DNA of 64,000 bases from contig NC_092345.1 in the NCBI RefSeq assembly GCF_963676685.1, forward strand, positions 105,276,001 through 105,340,000, written 5' to 3'. The position numbers were made by a program, and so were the translations under genes. The notes under the pieces are model-generated. The model was not told the DNA's origin, did not search any database, and worked only from the letters and a program-made list of their open reading frames with translations. Numbering within the stretch: position 1 is the first letter of the stretch; the number at the start of each line of letters is the position of its first letter. Source of the stretch: Mytilus edulis. Lineage: Eukaryota. Positions 59,497 to 64,000 of the stretch are shown one piece after another.

Positions 59497-61462
59497 TCGA
59501 ATAAAAAAAAGTGTTAAAAAGGCCAAATAAAGTACGAAGTTGAAAAGCATTGAGGACCACTGATGTAAATATTTCAACTGTGCATTTTGAGCACTATTTC
59601 ATCTAAATACATTCTTTTAGTACTGTTTAGATTGTCTTACCTTAACTAATGTCTCATTTGCGTATAAAATCAAAGTGATGGAAATCACTCATGGAAAGAT
59701 TAGAAGAGTAGTTTGAATTATTTCATATTAAGGTATGGTGGGGAAAAATGAACATTTATAAAGCGCTATTGTTGAAAATTGCATTTACAGCAGGTCTTTA
59801 GAAGGAAACTTGCTTTTCCAGTATGAAGATAAAATGAGCTCAAATTAAATAATATGGGTCTCTTAATTTGCACAATTTTATTTAAACTGCAGTTTATATC
59901 TTATCGAAATTATGTTGCCGGTTCTGAACATGTTTCAAAAAAACAAAAAAATGCAAAAATTCTTCTAGTAAATGTTACCAACAATCCTTGTAAGGCATAA
60001 ATCTGGACCAACAGCTTAAAACTTTAAAGTGTCAACAAACAAAATTAAAAAATGTTGTTATGGGGCATTTTATAAGTTGAAACAGAGGTTATAGGGTATT
60101 GAAGATTAAAAGTTTTAGAGTACCTTTTGATCAATTTTTAAAGTATTTTTCAACACAGGGCATTGAAAATGTACTTTTTCAACGTAACCAATTAAAAAAC
60201 TATCTTATTGAAATGTGGATTCTTTCTTGATTGCAAACATATATATTCACTTCTAATAAAAATTCAAATGACTAAAATAGACATAATGATTGATGGGAAA
60301 TAAACTAATAAACAATGGTTTGTTATAATTAAAAGTTTTAAAATTTTTAAACTGTTTCAAGCCAATTCCTGATAAAAAAAAAAGTGTACTAATTTAATTG
60401 TTGATTAATTACAGATGATTATTGGAAATTTATCAAGTAAATTATAGGCCTTACTTGAATACCTTTTATTTATTCATATTTATATTCATATTTCATTTTT
60501 TTTAAGATCTTGTTAATCCATTAATCATTCATCTTTCAGATATAATTTACAGAATCACTTTATGTAATGTAGATCAAAAGTAATTGGCAATAAATAAATC
60601 TATCATCCTTATAAATATCAAACATCTAATATACACATTTGGGTATTCAATTATGAGGTCAAATACTTGTGTATTAAGAATTATATTGAGTGGTCTGTAT
60701 AATTATGTAAGACTGAGGTTGATAGGTAATGTGGTCAATTTGATTGGCAGTTTAGGAGGTGGGGCATTGTAATTAAAGGTTCACCTTGTCTCTGATTGTT
60801 TAGTGATAATGACAGTTGTCAATCATACTAGTTGAATCAATACCCAGTTACCTAATCAAACTGTTTTTTAAAAGCCTGCACATCAACACACCTTAATGAC
60901 ATACATTCTTGAATGAACTGCTCCAATAATATACCCAGTTTTTTTCAGTTTATATGTGTATTATGTGCACATATATCAGAACCATAGGGAACTATATTTC
61001 AGTGTGAATACATTTAGTAACAGTAGCTAACCTGTCCTGTTGTTAGGGAGGCTGGTGCCTAAGTAAAGATTTAGAACAAGTTCTAATCTTTCCAAAAACG
61101 GGTGCTCCGTTGAGGAGGAATTTATGACGAAAAGAAAGAAGATTTCCGGAATTTCTCCCCGTAACTTACTCACTTATTAGAAATAATTTAAGTGCATGCA
61201 AATGATAATAATAAATAGATAATTTTAAAACAAAGAATAACTAATGTTAGAAAAAAATATATAAATATATTTACATATTTAATTCTTCTCTATATACTAG
61301 AATATTTTTTGAATATTTATCATGTAAAATATAATACAAATTAGTATTTACTTTATTAAAGTTTTGCCTTGTTATGATATGGTCTGGTATCCTGTTTTGC
61401 AATAAAGGAAGCTCATTCCTATTTATAGTTTCTGAAAGGACCCAGACAATACAAGCAGAAAA

Positions 61463-63832
61463 ATGGCATCACAGTCTCAGGTGATAATCTATAATTATAT
61501 TCAACTGTTGTAACACATCTGACTAATAACAATGATTGAAATGGGTTTCAATAGATGTTATTCACTTGGCCTTAGCATTGCAAGATTTTATTAGTTTGAC
61601 TTAGTTTAGATCCTGTGATTTTTTCCCAGAGATTAACAGATTAAGAGAAATAAAAAAAAAACTTATTTATTTAACGACACAAATCCTTGTGACAGTGAGA
61701 GCTAAATTTTTTCGAAGATAAATATATTTTGTGTGATCCATGGAAAGTTTAAGAGGGATCCTGACAATGACAATGGAACTTATTCAAACAAATACTGTCA
61801 GAGTCTCTGAGTATTGTTAGAAAACAAACCTTCACTCAAACAGTGTAAACACCCTCCCCCTCTTTTATTTAGGGTTAAGGAACCCCCTTTTAAAAAACTG
61901 GATCCACCCTAGTCCAAATAATTATGATCCTCCCCTGTGTTGTATTCAATATATACATAGCTGCGAAACTGTAGCTCTTAGATCCTTTTTTTTACCATAC
62001 ATGTACGTCCTCAAAATAAAAAAAATATATAACAAGGACCATAAGAGGGGGGAAAAGGGGGGGGGGGGGGGGTAGGAGGGGTTCTGATCCCAAAATCCCT
62101 GGCTTAAAAACACGAAATCCTGAGGTCCTGAATTGAAATAAATTATAAAATCCTGACATTCTGAAATTCAAATAAAGAATTCCCTTTACCCCGAAAGGTC
62201 CTATCTCCCCTCATGAAAGTTACAGTTCGCAGCTAATATATACATACATTTATACAATATTGTGTGTAATGATAAAATTACTTGACTTAATTAATTCAAG
62301 TTCAATTCAGATAAACATGTTGTCTTTTGAATATTATGTATCTTTTCATAATTAATGATCAATAGCTAAACCAAAGCATACATGTGAACCTTTGGTTGGG
62401 AGGACAGTTATCCCAATTTCAGCCAAATTTCAGGGGTCTTATTCTTTTCTCCCATTGACATGATTGAAAAAATCGAAATCCTATGTAACAACATTCATTA
62501 AATGCTTAAGACATGTAAGAAGATAATTTAATTTCTTACTAAATATTCTACAATGTTTTATTGTTGACATTCATCATCTTAATTCATATGTTTATATATT
62601 CAGTCTGTAGATGATGTTTTAGTTCATTTGATGTCGATGGGATTTGATTACCAAGATTGTCAAGATGCTTTCCAAATGGGAAGAATTACAGTGGAATCTG
62701 CAGCAGAATGGTGAGTATACAAACCTGTGTGTTATGAAGAAAGACACCAAAATGACATGTATGTTTAAATCTGCAGCAGAATGGTAAATATCGAAACATG
62801 TGTGGTATGTAAAAATACACCAGAATTACATGAACATTGTGGTAATTATAAGAAAAGCAAATGTTCTTTTTTTTGTCGATATCTTTGATAAAAAAGTTAT
62901 GAAAGATCTATTAGGTTTTTTTAAAAAGACTGATTTGTATTGCTTATTTATATTATTATATATATACTTGTAGGTTATGTGCAGGAAAACCAGGATTTAT
63001 GAAAAATGTAGAGAGCAGTTCAGGAAATTTAAAACTGAGAGGGGTAAGTGTAATATAAAATGTAAAAGAGAAGAGAAACATCAGTCTTAGATTATGCTTC
63101 CACAATATAATGTATAGATGTTTATTTTATGAACATGTGACACTTTATTGGTTTAATACCAGGTTGACAATATAAAAATGTGACACTTTATTGGTTTAAT
63201 ACCAGGTTGACAATATAAATTACTATGGATTCACTTATTTTTGTGGGTACCAATTTTCCTGGATATTTAATTTCGTGGTTTTGTTGAAAGTTTGCATAAA
63301 AGACTACAGGAAATAAGTCATTCTTTGAACATTTAATTTCATGGTTTTTCTTTACCCACCAAATCCACGATAATTGGTATCCAACAAATAATAATGAGTC
63401 CTCAGTAGTCGGAGGTTTATTGTGGTCCTGATGTAAGGTGACACTGTCATTAATGTTTATATGTTCTATAATATTATAGTGCATTGATCAATGTTGTTAT
63501 TATTTGAGGTTTTGTATGCATTAATTTACAATTATATCTAAAATAACATTACATATATAAAATGATTATTTCAGAACTCATCTGGATTTAAGGAAGGAAA
63601 TAATCCATTTGTTGACCCAAGCAGTTCAAAACCTAAACCAGAACCAGAAAATATTGCCCAATCCCATTCTGCAGAATTGTCACAAGGTATGGAAGATGAC
63701 CAATCAGAAAGTCAAGTAATGAGCAGGTTACATCTGAGTGAAACACAGAGACAAATCAAAGACAAGTTTGTAGATAAACAGAGGACGGAAATGAAGCAAG
63801 AAGTGATTAAAGATAAACAGAGAAGGAAAAGG
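61463..63832 (+). CDS. UBA-domain protein with a following charged coiled-coil (UBXN1-like N-terminal architecture), 5' part only, continues beyond the window
   Basis: Exons 61463-61480 (MASQSQ), 62604-62710 (SVDDVLVHLMSMGFDYQDCQDAFQMGRITVESAAEW, with the UBA MGF loop and terminal A.EW), 62974-63043, 63575-63832 (ends ...QRQIKDKFVDKQRTEMKQEVIKDKQRRKR). All GT-AG, phases 0,2,0. The first exon is the least certain. Confidence 0.8.
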
Positions 63833-64000
63833 GTAATCTTCAGTTGAACAGATAATAACAACAAATCAATGATACTTGGTGTGCAGATGTGTCAACATTG
63901 ACATCAGATTTCATACTTTATTTGGTCATTTATTTCTATCTATCCCAGTGTTGCTGACTTTCTAAATGAAAAAAAAGCCTCACATCTTTGATGAGTTTAT

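Noticed and set aside
59700-61145. Possible very old LINE 3' fragment ending in a GAA-rich tail
   Set aside because: No readable protein motif; only the tail similarity is noted.
1-64000. tRNA, rRNA or prokaryotic/phage systems
   Set aside because: No cloverleaf, rRNA-like or operon-like sequence was recognised.

Overview
AT-rich eukaryotic genomic DNA with GT-AG introns. The repeat content looks like a bivalve mollusc, probably Mytilus-like (inference from repeat style, not verified). By hand I reconstructed five spliced genes with open, phase-consistent exons. (1) A 7-exon type I membrane glycoprotein at 3287-14246 (+): signal peptide, Ser/Thr-rich regions, a 14-Cys domain, a TM helix and a GYTPL tail. 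(2-4) A three-member cluster of an uncharacterised 5-exon, 8-Cys family carrying a YxDDLxF...SxS...LDY[GS]TNYCNL motif reminiscent of DUF1499: one type II membrane form on the minus strand (22265-26307) and two secreted tandem paralogs (33317-38932, 44165-52781). (5) The 5' part of a UBA-domain/coiled-coil gene running from 61463 off the window. The rest is dense, often nested repeats: Penelope-like fragments, about 11 copies of an element carrying a minimal type I hammerhead ribozyme (two with intact cores), a degenerate Ty3/Gypsy pol split by a Helentron-like element, LINE fragments, a CACTA-terminated non-autonomous transposon, foldback MITEs and minisatellites. A complex local duplication between the two secreted paralogs preserves the empty sites for four insertions. 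All calls are from reading the sequence; no database search was run.
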